A stretch of 63,618 nucleotides of DNA, the filler included, from Octopus bimaculoides (lineage: Eukaryota): NCBI RefSeq assembly GCF_001194135.2. It is 11 parts of 10 records of this genome, joined end to end, with 100 filler letters (N's around TTAATTAATTAA, not from the genome) between each part and the next. Parts side by side here need not be neighbours in the genome. Positions count along the whole stretch, not along the records: positions 34,548 to 40,399 come from NC_068984.1; positions 40,500 to 42,724 come from NW_026400370.1; positions 42,825 to 45,293 come from NC_068987.1; positions 45,394 to 51,815 come from NC_069005.1; 7 more parts are not named here. One strand, given 5' to 3'. This document shows positions 38,246-50,139 of this stretch, piece by piece. How positions within the stretch are numbered: position 1 is the stretch's first letter; each line of letters begins with the position of its first letter. The position numbers and the translations under genes are program-made. The notes beneath the pieces are model-generated. The model was not told the origin of the DNA. It did not search any database and worked only from the letters and a program-made list of their open reading frames with translations.

Positions 38246-39059
38246 GAGAAGGAGCGAGGGAGAGAGAGAAAGCGAGGAAATATAAATGAGAAGGAAAATT
38301 AAGATTATTGATAAGTGTATGTAAGTGATTATTGATCAACGTGAAATGGACACCGGTCAATTGGTGATTAGTGACCTCGTGAGTTACTTTAGCCAATTAA
38401 ATTATACGCGCTTGAATTTCTCGTCACACTTACACACGAAGAGTTGAAATGAAACGGCTTGCTCGAATATTCTAACACAAGCACACATACATAAGCAGTG
38501 TGGTAAAAATGCAATGTACACACATAAACATGATGCCCGCGCGCGCGGTATCTTTGGTACAGGCGTGTGTAACTGCTCGACCACGTATTTACATAGATCC
38601 ACATATTTTATTCATATATATGAAGCTGCACATAAACATACTTCTGTGCAGACACTTGTACATGCGCAGGCCTACAGAATCACGCATGTTCTTTTTTTTT
38701 GTTTTTGATAAAGCACATAAACAGACATACAAGCCTCCCAGCATACATAGACACAATCATACATACATGCATGCATGCATACATACATACATACACATTC
38801 ACATACCCATACTTACACTCACTGATATATATGTGTGTATGTATGTATGTATGTATGTATGTATGTATGTATAAATGTGAGCGTGAGTGTGCGTGTGTAT
38901 GTATACAAACATATTACGCTGAAGCCGTATGCTGCCGCTAAAGTTCCGCGTTTACCATTTCGTTGTGACGGCAGCTTGAATACACCATGCGGTTAAACGT
39001 AAAAGTTAATTAACAGCATACGGCTCAGCTGAATAAATATAATTATACTCTACATTACG

Positions 39060-39124
39060 TATCGAGTACTTTTCTCTTATTCGTCATAAACAACGTGTGT
39101 GTTTATTCGTGTGTGAATGTATGA

Positions 39125-39183
<59 letters not shown>

Positions 39184-39250
39184 CATGTTTACATTCATAC
39201 ATACATATAATACAAAATATACATCCGCACATACACACACATATATTCAC

Positions 39251-39326
<76 letters not shown>

Positions 39327-39550
39327 AAGTGTATGCGCACAAACACATATTTCCCCATATACATGCACACATATACATATGCAGTTGTCGGTATATGTGC
39401 ACAAATGTTGGGTGCTTTTATGCGAATTAAGTTTGACATGTACGTATGCATGCATGTATGCATGTATGTATGTATGTTATACTTATACCTGTACATACAT
39501 ATACATATATACATACATATGTGTGCGCATGTGTATGTATGTGTGTAGCT
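39060..39550. repeat. (TG)n/(TA)n/(TATG)n microsatellite cluster
   Basis: Direct simple repeats. Confidence 0.9.
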
Positions 39551-39699
39551 TGTGTACGTACGGTGTGAAGGTGCTCACACGCACACATCTGAATGAGTAC
39601 ATGGACTTGAACGGTTATAGTTCTTTTATTCGTAAAAATGACCATGGGCTTGCACCTAGAAAGTTCCTCCCCCCAAAGCACAATTCCGTGCAAGGTTGT

Positions 39700-39938
39700 C
39701 TATAGAAGCCCAGCAGTCACCCATGCATACTAGCCTCCCCTGCCCACACCACTGATGTTATCCAAGGCAAAAGCAAAGGCTGATACAGTTTGGCACCAGT
39801 GACGTCGCAATTCCTTTCTACAGCTGAAACAACGTGAAATAAAGTGTCTTGCTTAAGAACACAACATGCAACCTGGTCCGGGATTCGAACTCACTATCAC
39901 ACGATTGTGAGCCCGGTGCTCTAGCCATTGAGCTACGC
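39700..39938 (-). mobile_element. tRNA-derived SINE (family D-related head)
   Basis: Minus strand begins CGCGTAGCTCAATGGCTAGAGC...GTGAGTTCGAATCCCGGACCAGG (A and B boxes). Confidence 0.75.
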
Positions 39939-39939
39939 G

Positions 39940-40110
39940 TAGGCCTCAGGCATGGCTGTGTGGTAGAGAGTTTGTTCCCCAGCCATGTGGATCCGTGTTC
40001 AGCCCCTCTGCCTGGCACTTTGGTCTAGTGCCTTTTACTATTGCCTCGGTCCGACCATGTCGTTGTCGATGGATTTGGTTAACGGAAACTGAAATAAATC
40101 CGTTATAGGT
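39940..40110 (+). mobile_element. SINE family B, 5' half
   Basis: GGCATGGCTGTGTGGTAGAG...CGGAAACTGAAATAAATCCG. Confidence 0.75.
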
Positions 40111-40599
40111 AAATATATCCAATAAGAACTTGAAAGAGAGATTGTTCGCGTCTGACTTAACGGACAGCTCTACATTATACAACGCAGAGTTTATAAAAGA
40201 AAATCATTAAACGGCCATCCTGAAGGATATCAAGTTAAGGCTCTGAAGAGACTGCATCATTTTATAGGAGGGCTGCAATTGCAACGATTACTAATCGGCG
40301 CAGCTGAAACATTTGTTGGTCATAAAAGGCAGTATATAATAATAAAATTAACGGTAATGCTATTGGTACATCGGAGTAATCCTTATTTTTAATATTGTCN
40401 NNNNNNNNNNNNNNNNNNNNNNNNNNNNNNNNNNNNNNNNNNNTTAATTAATTAANNNNNNNNNNNNNNNNNNNNNNNNNNNNNNNNNNNNNNNNNNNNT
40501 TACAATTCTTTTAAATTGTAGAGATTCGCAAACGATCCATCACTGATGTCGGTAATTTGATTGTCGTAAAGATTTCTGCATTATAAAAGGGAGAATTTT

Positions 40600-42725
40600 A
40601 GAAATAATATAGAATAGTTTCGTGATACGATATTCAATATTGAGTGATAAGAGTTAGAGGAATATGGAGAATAATTAGGAGGATGAGGAAGAACGGAATA
40701 TGAAGATGGTGATGATGATGGGGATTCTGATGAAAATGATGGTGACGATATTGATTATAACGGTGAACTTGATGATGGTTAGGGTGACAATGATGATCAT
40801 GATGATGGGGACAATGATGAAAGTGATAATGATGATGATAATGATGGTGTTGATGAAGATGTAGTTGATGTTGGGAACGATTATGTTTATGAGGATGTTG
40901 ATGATTATGATGATCACGTTCATTATGATGAGGCTGTTGCTTATGATGAATCTGATGGTGGAGATGATGATGATGATGATAAAGATGCTGATGATAATGA
41001 TAACAAATATGATGATGCTGCTGATGATAATGAATATGATCATCATCATCATAACAATGGTGATAATTATAAATTAATAGAAGATATAAAAGAAGAAAAC
41101 AAAGAAGAAAAAAGAACAACAACAACAACGAGAATAAGAAGACAAAGAAGAAAAAGCTAAAGGAAGAAGGCGTAGGAGGAGGAAGAGGGGAGGAGAAGAA
41201 GGAAGAGGAGCGATGGAAGAAGAAGAAGAAGAAGAAGAAGATAAAGAAGAACAACAACAACAAGAAAGAGAATAAGAAGACAAAGAAGAAAAAGCTAAAG
41301 GAAGAAAGAAGAAGGAGTATGAGGAGGAAGAGGGGAGGAGAAGAAGAAGAAAAATAGTAGTGTAACTAGAAGAAACAGAAGAAGAAAAATAGTNNNNNNN
41401 NNNNNNNNNNNNNNNNNNNNNNNNNNNNNNNNNNNNNNNNNNNNNNNNNNNNNNNNNNNNNNNNNNNNNNNNNNNNNNNNNNNNNNNNNNNNNNNNNNNN
41501 NNNNNNNNNNNNNNNNNNNNNNNNNNNNNNNNNNNNNNNNNNNNNNNNNNNNNNNNNNNNNNNNNNNNNNNNNNNNNNNNNNNNNNNNNNNNNNNNNNNN
41601 NNNNNNNNNNNNNNNNNNNNNNNNNNNNNNNNNNNNNNNNNNNNNNNNNNNNNNNNNNNNNNNNNNNNNNNNNNNNNNNNNNNNNNNNNNNNNNNNNNNN
41701 NNNNNNNNNNNNNNNNNNNNNNNNNNNNNNNNNNNNNNNNNNNNNNNNNNNNNNNNNNNNNNNNNNNNNNNNNNNNNNNNNNNNNNNNNNNNNNNNNNNN
41801 NNNNNNNNNNNNNNNNNNNNNNNNNNNNNNNNNNNNNNNNNNNNNNNNNNNNNNNNNNNNNNNNNNNNNNNNNNNNNNNNNNNNNNNNNNNNNNNNNNNN
41901 NNNNNNNNNNNNNNNNNNNNNNNNNNNNNNNNNNNNNNNNNNNNNNNNNNNNNNNNNNNNNNNNNNNNNNNNNNNNNNNNNNNNNNNNNNNNNNNNNNNN
42001 NNNNNNNNNNNNNNNNNNNNNNNNNNNNNNNNNNNNNNNNNNNNNNNNNNNNNNNNNNNNNNNNNNNNNNNNNNNNNNNNNATTACAAAAAGGACAAGTT
42101 TAGAAATAATATGGAATAGTTTCATGGTTCAATGTTCAATATTGAGTGATAAGAGTGAGAGGAATACGGAGAATAATCAGGAGGATGAGGAAGAAAGGAA
42201 GATGAAGATGGTGATGATGATGGGGATTCTGAAGGTGAACATGTTGGTAAGGGTGACAATGTTGATCATGATGATCATGATGACAATGTTGATCGTGATG
42301 GTGATGATAATGATGATGTTGATGAAGATGCAGTTAATGATGAGTGTGGTGACGAGGATGTTGATGATTATGATGATCACGTTCGTTATGAGGAGGCTTA
42401 TGCTTATGAAATTGATGGTGGAAATGGTGATGATGATGATGCTAATGATGAAGATGATAAAATAATAGTCATGATCGTTAACACCATCATCGAGATGTTC
42501 GAAAATGTTGATGCTCTTCTCGATGATGATGATGACCGAGAACGTGATGATGGTAATGATGATGATGTTGATGATGACGTTAAAGGTTACATTGATGATG
42601 ATGATGATGATGATGATGACGATGATGATGACGAAGATGAGGAAAATCGTGGTGATAATGATGATTATAAAATTCGATGATGATGACAATGCTGATGATG
42701 ATGAAGATCCTGATGATGATGGTTN
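40600..42725 (+). repeat. Diverged tandem duplication of a GAT-rich low-complexity block (about 40600-41070 and 42100-42470, then further GAT/GAA tracts)
   Basis: Both copies begin TAGAAATAATAT(A/G)GAATAGTTTC...CAATATTGAGTGATAAGAGT and share later anchors such as GAGGATGTTGATGATTATGATGATCACGTTC. Confidence 0.85.
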
Positions 42726-42851
42726 NNNNNNNNNNNNNNNNNNNNNNNNNNNNNNNNNNNNNNNNNNNTTAATTAATTAANNNNNNNNNNNNNNNNNNNN
42801 NNNNNNNNNNNNNNNNNNNNNNNNTATATATATGGATATATATATATATGG

Positions 42852-42909
<58 letters not shown>

Positions 42910-42916
<7 letters not shown>

Positions 42917-43075
42917 TGTTTGTCCCCCCAACATCGCTTGACAACCGATGCTGGTGTAATTACTTAGCAGTTCGGCAAAAGAGACCGATAGAATAAGTAC
43001 TAGGCTTACAAAGAATAGGTCCTGGGGTCAAGCATGGCCGCAGTCAAATAACTGAAACAAGTAAAAGAGTAAAAT
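42910..43075 (+). mobile_element. SINE family B, 3' part
   Basis: GTCCCCCAACATCGCTTGACAACCGATGCTGG...GAAACAAGTAAAAGAG. Confidence 0.85.
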
Positions 43076-43377
43076 AGTATATAGATAGATAGATAAATAG
43101 ATAGATAGATAGATAGATACAGAAAGACGGATGGACAGACAAACAGATATGTATGTATGTATGTATGTATGGATGTATGTATTACGTTAAAATTTTCTCT
43201 TCGTGGCATGCTTCCTTTTTTTCCACTTATATTGACGATAGTCTTAAGGAGGAAATATCGATTCTTCATTTAGGTTGTCATTATTTTCATATGGTATTCG
43301 TTTGTTTCTGGTGATGTCTACTTTGACTCGCTCTATATTTCTTGAACTTTTTAAGCACCACCTTCAAAGTACGCTTT

Positions 43378-43485
43378 CCGCAACCCCCACCTTCTCATTC
43401 TGCAACCCCTTCTCATTCCGCAACCCCTTCTCATTCCGCAACCCCTTCTCATATCGCAACCCCTTCTCATTCCGCAACCCCCCAC
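43378..43485 (+). repeat. 18-bp minisatellite, about 6 units (CGCAACCCCTTCTCATTC)
   Basis: Direct tandem units with few substitutions. Confidence 0.92.
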
Positions 43486-43746
43486 CCCTGCCTTCTCATT
43501 TTTAGCTTTGAGCTGAACTGTGCGGTTTTTCATTTGTATTATTCCTCGTTCGTTTCATACTGATATTATGCAAATTAATAGCCCCAGTTCTCTAGGGATA
43601 TCGGATTCAATGTATATGTAAACGGGTTGGATATTTGTTTCTCTGGAACTGATCAAGTGATGATGACATCCCTGATGCAGTCCCAGTAAGGCTCAAAAAT
43701 CGATTATGTTGCCAAGCCATCGTTTTATTCTCTCTATAGAGAAACA

Positions 43747-44070
43747 GGTGGAGGCGCAATGGCCCAGTGGTTAGGGCAGCGAATACACCTAAAGCTCCAC
43801 GAGGCTCCGGCAGGGGATTGTGGCGAACCCTGCTGTATTCTTTCACCACAACTTTCTCTCACCCTTACTTCCTGTTTCTGTTGTGCCTGTAATTCAAAGG
43901 GTCAGCCTTGTCACACTGTGTCACGCTGAATATCCCCGAGAACTACGTTAAGGGTACACTTGTCTGTGGAGTGCACAGCTACTTGCACGTTAATTTCACG
44001 AGCAGGCTGTTCCGTTGATCGGATCAACTGGAACCCTCAACGTCGTAAGCGAAGGAGTGCCAACAACAAC
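43747..44070 (+). mobile_element. SINE family C with 9-bp target-site duplication AGAGAAACA
   Basis: TSD at 43738-43746 and 44071-44079; A-box TGGCCCAGTGG; (CAA)n tail. Confidence 0.92.
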
Positions 44071-44269
44071 AGAGAAACATTCATATCCGACAAAATATAT
44101 TACCGTATTTAGTAATGATTTATTTACGTTCCGTGTTCAAATTCCGCCGAGGTCAGTTTTGTCCTATGAATTTAATTGATTGTTTCATACCTTCAGATTA
44201 ACAGCCTTTTGCTAAATTATTATTTCTGCTGTCCTTATTTTCCATAGGATGTACCGCTAATGAGCATTT

Positions 44270-44530
44270 CCATATCTCATTCCGATATGCTCTTGGAGAC
44301 ATCACCAATGACATTTCCTGACGTCATAACGCGTTTCTTTTCTTTCAACATCAGACATCTTCTCCCAGGTGACCCAACCAGGGTTGATTAAGCCTAGCAT
44401 GTGTCCAGTTAGCATTAACCCTGGTGGCACTGCTCGTCCCAGCCTCTCTCCTCGTGGACCACAGTCCCCTTCGGGTAACCTCTGCTGCTTCATCCAACAC
44501 GACGGTCTTCCGGTCTTCCCCCTACTGGCC
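44270..44530 (-). mobile_element. Possible decayed LINE 5' region / endonuclease start
   Basis: GC-elevated segment with weak resemblance to the APE N-terminus (DVRKCHW*CLQE); inference only. Confidence 0.3.
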
Positions 44531-44993
44531 TCTGTGATACCAGACTAATTGTATTGCTTTACTTAGTTACGTCCCTTTAAATTTTAAAATTCAACTCTCA
44601 CCGACATCGTATATTTTCATGGTTCCAGGATCGATAAAATAAATACCAGCAAAACACTGATGTCAATATTATTGAATATACAACTAAAACATTATTATTA
44701 ATTTTTTTTTCTTTTAGTTATCTATTATATTTGTCTGTTTCTTCATTTTCTTTGCTGTGTTTCCTGTTTTCCTACATATTTCCTCTTTTTTTTACCATAT
44801 ATCACGTCTATTTTTGCTTTTGATTTCTATTTATATTACAAAGCAGAGGAAAAAAAATTATGAAATAATGTTTTGAAGGTTAAAAACGGAAATACTATTA
44901 GGCTATTGTCAATACACAAAAACAATTACACAAGTGAGACGATGTGTGTATATGTCTCTCTCACACTCACTGTCTCTCTCTCTCTCCTTCTCA

Positions 44994-45037
<44 letters not shown>

Positions 45038-45213
45038 CTCACACGCTCTCTTTCCCTGTCACTCTTTCACACACGCACACTCTGTAACTGCCTGTCTATC
45101 TCTTACAATCTTTCTGTTTATGTATATATATATGTGTGTGTGTGTCTCTGTGTGTGCGTGTACACGTACATATATATATATATATAAATATATATACATC
45201 CAATTATACACAC

Positions 45214-45283
<70 letters not shown>

Positions 45284-45536
45284 AATTATAATANNNNNNN
45301 NNNNNNNNNNNNNNNNNNNNNNNNNNNNNNNNNNNNNTTAATTAATTAANNNNNNNNNNNNNNNNNNNNNNNNNNNNNNNNNNNNNNNNNNNNTATATAT
45401 ATATATATAATTTGACTGAACGCCACACATCCATTCCAAGTTTATATATGTATATATTCATGTATATATGCATGTATGTGTAATATGCACACATATACAT
45501 ATGTATACATACACACATACACTCACATGAGTGTAT

Positions 45537-45586
<50 letters not shown>

Positions 45587-46014
45587 CTGTATGTGTGTGC
45601 GTCTACGTTCCTATGTATGTATGCGCGTATGTGTGTTTGTGAATGCCTTCTAAACTGTAAAATATTTGATTTAATGTTATTTGTTTCCCTTGGGTTATGT
45701 CCGGCTGTCGATTTTATAGAAGGATGAAATAGTGCTACACATGGCTACCGACGACTTGGAATTTTAAGATCTTTATACTAATGGAGAAAAAAGTAATATT
45801 AAATGTGCAAATTTTGTACTCCTTCTTCTGAACTCTTTGATTTAATTTCAAACTTTCAAACGCGCATTTACTTTAATCAGAAGGAACTATTTCTCTATGG
45901 CAGCTGACGACAAGGAGTACACGACGTCCATAAATACGCTTGTATTTATATTGGTAGGGGCAGAAAGGGGCTTAGAATGGGAAAAGGAAATGTAAATCAG
46001 TTGCTCACAGCCAA

Positions 46015-46263
46015 CTGTAGTCGTAGTAGTAGTAGTAGTAGTAGTGATGGTGATGCTAATGGTAGTTATGATGGTAGTAGTTTCACGGTGGTTATGGCGA
46101 CGGTGAGTTACATTAGTCACAACAAACTTAGTTGGAAGTACAATATTAGTAATAGTGTTTGTGATAGTGATGGTGGGGGTGAGGTGGTAATGATGATGAT
46201 GGTGGAGAATCGAAAAGTAAATAATAGGGTTGGTGGCTGTTGCGATTAGTGTTGTTGATGGTG

Positions 46264-46309
<46 letters not shown>

Positions 46310-46314
46310 CTGTT

Positions 46315-46370
<56 letters not shown>

Positions 46371-46398
46371 TGTTGTTTTTGTTGTTGTTGTTGTTGTC

Positions 46399-46449
<51 letters not shown>

Positions 46450-46450
46450 A
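46015..46450. repeat. (GTA)n/(GTT)n/(GAT)n trinucleotide arrays
   Basis: Direct repeats. Confidence 0.92.
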
Positions 46451-46797
46451 CCGTTGTGGCGAAAGCAGAAAGGTTAAGGTGTGCCAGCAACAGGCNNNNN
46501 NNNNNNNNNNNNNNNNNNNNNNNNNNNNNNNNNNNNNNNNNNNNNNNNNNNNNNNNNNNNNNNNNNNNNNNNNNNNNNNNNNNNNNNNNNNNNNNNNNNN
46601 NNNNNNNNNNNNNNNNNNNNNNNNNNNNNNNNNNNNNNNNNNNNNNNNNNNNNNNNNNNNNNNNNNNNNNNNNNNNNNNNNNNNNNNNNNNNNNNNNNNN
46701 NNNNNNNNNNNNNNNNNNNNNNNNNNNNNNNNNNNNNNNNNNNNNNNNNNNNNNNNNNNNNNNNNNNNNNNNNNNNNNNNNNNNNNNNNNNNNNNNN

Positions 46798-47037
46798 GTG
46801 ATGTTTATTCTGTTGCTCACGTTGACGTTGCGGTGACGGGGATGGTGGTGGTGGTGGTGGTGGTGGGGTTGGTGACGGTTGCGGGGGGGATTTTTCTTGA
46901 GGCCATTGTTGTTCCTGTTGCTGCTGTTGCTGTTGATGCTGCTGCTTTTGCTGCTGCAATAGCTGAGGTTGGTGCTGTTGTTTGTGTTGTTTGTACTGTT
47001 GCTGATCATGCTGCTGGTGCTGTTGAGTTTGCTGTTG

Positions 47038-47069
<32 letters not shown>

Positions 47070-47633
47070 TTTGCTCCTCCCCTTCCGTTTTGCTTACTTC
47101 CACCTGCTGCTTCCGCCTAGAAGTACCGGGTGCCAGAAGCAAAACTTCTCCAGCAGCCACCTCTCGTTTTTTCACCACAGGTCTCGGCCGACTAATTGAC
47201 TTCAGATCTAGGGGCTTCACTGTGCCACTGCCCTCGTCGAAACTGTTGGTTTTCTTTCTACTATTGCTTTTAAAATTATTGCTGCTGTTATTGCTGTTGC
47301 TTCCATTGCTTCTCCTGTTATTGTTGTTGTTGCTGCTGCCGCTGGTGTTGTTATTTTTGTTGTTATTGTTTGTCATGACGTCCATCTCCAACATAACTGT
47401 TTGTTCCTTCAGTTTCTCCCGTCTCTTCTCATGTTCGGCGCTCGCCGCCGGGTGTCGAGGCGCTTGATGACGACCGGGTATTTTACATCCACCATTGCTC
47501 TCGGCAGAAGATTTCTTCGGTTTGTTGGAGTCAGTGTTCTGCTCTTTGGTGATTGTCGCACTTTTCAATCCTGTATGCTTGTCTGCTCCATTCACCAACC
47601 ATGCAGCGGTCGTCTTTGTCCCTTTCGAGATAT
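46798..47633 (-). CDS. Probable large coding exon of an unidentified low-complexity (polyN/polyQ/polyP) protein; continues into gap, possible stop at 46474
   Basis: Acceptor TTTTACAG| at 47634, then 278 stop-free codons (ISKGTKTTAAWLVNGADKH...EHEKRREKLKEQ...KPLDLKS...QQQQ...PPPPP), about half of them non-repetitive sequence. Confidence 0.65.
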
Positions 47634-48939
47634 CTGTAAAACATATTGAGATAAGATATATATGTTAATAAATATTTGTATAAAATACAAGTATAACTGC
47701 ACAAATAGATAAACAAATTAACATATAGGTTGTTGAGTGAATAAGTGGAGATATGGTCAGTTGGTGTAGTGAGTGTGGGGTTAGAAAGTCGAGTGGGTGG
47801 ATGGTGAATAGGAGTGGAGAGGAAGTCAAACAAAAATAGAAAGGAGTGAAAATAGGCATCAGAGTGCGCTTGTGTGTGTATGTATGTACCTTTCCCCTAA
47901 AAGAGTCGCCTTCCCCACGGCTTTGTCAAAAATTATAGGAACTTCCTCTATCCTTGGAAATCTGTTCTGCCCATAGACAGGATCCTGACAGGTGCTGTTG
48001 TTTCGGGTCAGAAGGGGCCTGTGATTAATGGTGACGAAAGGGCGACTCCACGTTTTCCACAAACTCAGATCTCCCAAACTGGAGCCCCACCATCAGATGT
48101 AGTTGGATGTCATACCTAGGAGAAACATACACAGACATAAAATTTGCAATGCTTGTCACTAGAGTCTACCCTGGCAGTCAAGAGTGGCAAAGGTACTGTA
48201 CAAGCTTTTGTCACTTACATTCAAGGATGTACAAATGTCTCACTATTATAAGATGGCTACCATCTAACTAGATGTGCGTGTGTGTGAATACGTATAACAA
48301 TGTTATTGAATGGTCTCCCTAACTTGAAGGGTGACTAATAACATCTTGAGCTAATGAAAACCAATAAAGAAATTGTGGTGCCATGTTAATTCGACAAAGG
48401 TAAGAGAATTGCAGCAAATACAAACCGACAAATACTTTAAAATTGATTAATGACATAGCACTCCGGCGAAAGAGCGTGTCTGGAAAGTTCTTCTGGGCAT
48501 TGTTAGATCAGTATTGCAGGCATATTAAGTCAATACTTAAAACAAACGCTAAAATTAATAGGCATCGATACAAATATATAACTGTTAATATATTCTTTAG
48601 AGGTAGGTAAGAAAGTGACATAGCAGGATTAAACGGGAAAACAATGTGATTGATAAAGATGATGATGGTGGCGGGTGATAGTGGTGGTGGTCGTGGTGGT
48701 GACTACGACGACCGTGATGATAATGATTACAATGATGACAATGATATGTAGAATATTTGTCGAATATACCATCAAAAATCTGTCACATGTATTATTCACA
48801 GCGAGGCTCTACAATATAAAAAAAACGCAAACAAAACCGTCCATCGAGGGCCAATTAGGGAATCGCACATAACTTACTGACAACCCTGTTCACCAAAAGG
48901 AAGTTCTCGTTTCGAATAATCCGATCTACCATAAACCCA

Positions 48940-49345
48940 AGGCAAGAATTTGGTATGGGAGTGGCGTTGTTGATTAAATCTATTCCAATATTTGGCTGGT
49001 ACTTTATTTTAACGACCACGGAAAGATGAAAAGCACTGCAGGATTTGAACTCAAAGCGTAAAGAACCAGAACTAATCATCGCAAGGCATTTTTGTCATGC
49101 ATGAAGGCGCGTGGCCCAACAGTTAGGAGTGTTGCCTTCACGATCGTAAAATCGTGTTTTCGGTTCCCGGACCAAATGGTGCGTTGTGTTCTTGAGCAAA
49201 AACCTTCATTTCACGTTGCTCCGGTCCACTCAGCTGCCAATGGGTCACCTTGCGATGGACCGACGTTTCGTTCAGTGGAAATGTGATCTCGGTTACTTCA
49301 TGCCATGAAGCCTGGTAACCAGCCTTAGAAGCTCTCAGACTCGAG
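48940..49345. mobile_element. Diverged SINE A (minus, about 48940-49075) adjacent to SINE D (plus, about 49105-49345)
   Basis: Family-diagnostic motifs in each. Confidence 0.65.
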
Positions 49346-50139
49346 ATTATACTTACTTTTTCTATTTATTTCGTCAGACGCTCTGATGAGTCAACGAAAG
49401 ATTTGTATATTTACGTCAGTTACTGTTGTTACAGCTTCAAAGCATCCTAAATAATGTTATTAAAGCAATTAGCGAGGCTATTAAAATGCAATTTAGCTGG
49501 ACATATGTACTAAATCGGCAATACAAGGCAACAGAGATGTCTGCCAGATGAGTTGAAACTGCGGAAAGAAGAGATAAACCACCAGTTGAGTAATTACAGT
49601 TTGCAGATAAACTACAAGTTATGTAATAACGTGGTTTAATTGATCAAAGAAAATAGTGTGTCTGTAGGTATTAATGTTTGGTTGTGTTTGTGATAATATA
49701 TACTTGTGCGTGTTGATGTGTATTTGTTTGCGTGTAGAGTGTGTGTGTGTGTGTGTGTGTGTTTGAAAATGTAGAGTGTGTGTGTGTGTGTGTTTGAAAA
49801 TGTGGTTGTGGACGATGTCTCTATGCGTGTAAGCATATAGTAGTGCATTGCATGTATCTGTATTGGTTTTTGGATGTGGATGTATATGTGTATATCTGCA
49901 TCCGTCTGTTTTGCGCTTGTATAATGTATGTATATATGTATGTATATGTGTGTATGCCTTTGTATGTATTTTCTTGTATGTATGTATGTATGTATGTATG
50001 TATGTATGTATATGTGTTTGTATGTATGTGTATGTATGTATGTCTTCTATGTATGTATGTGTGTATGTGCAGATTTGTATGTTTTATGTATGTATCCTCA
50101 TGCATAAAGTTGCATATCTAGACATGCTCATGTATATTT

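Noticed and set aside
40634-41263. 209-aa His-rich minus-strand ORF
   Set aside because: It is the antisense reading of the degenerate (GAT)n/(GAA)n tract, with no splice or start context.
49375-49430. CTGATGAGTCAACGAAAG hammerhead-like core
   Set aside because: Stem II is only 1 bp, and helix III and stem I cannot pair canonically.
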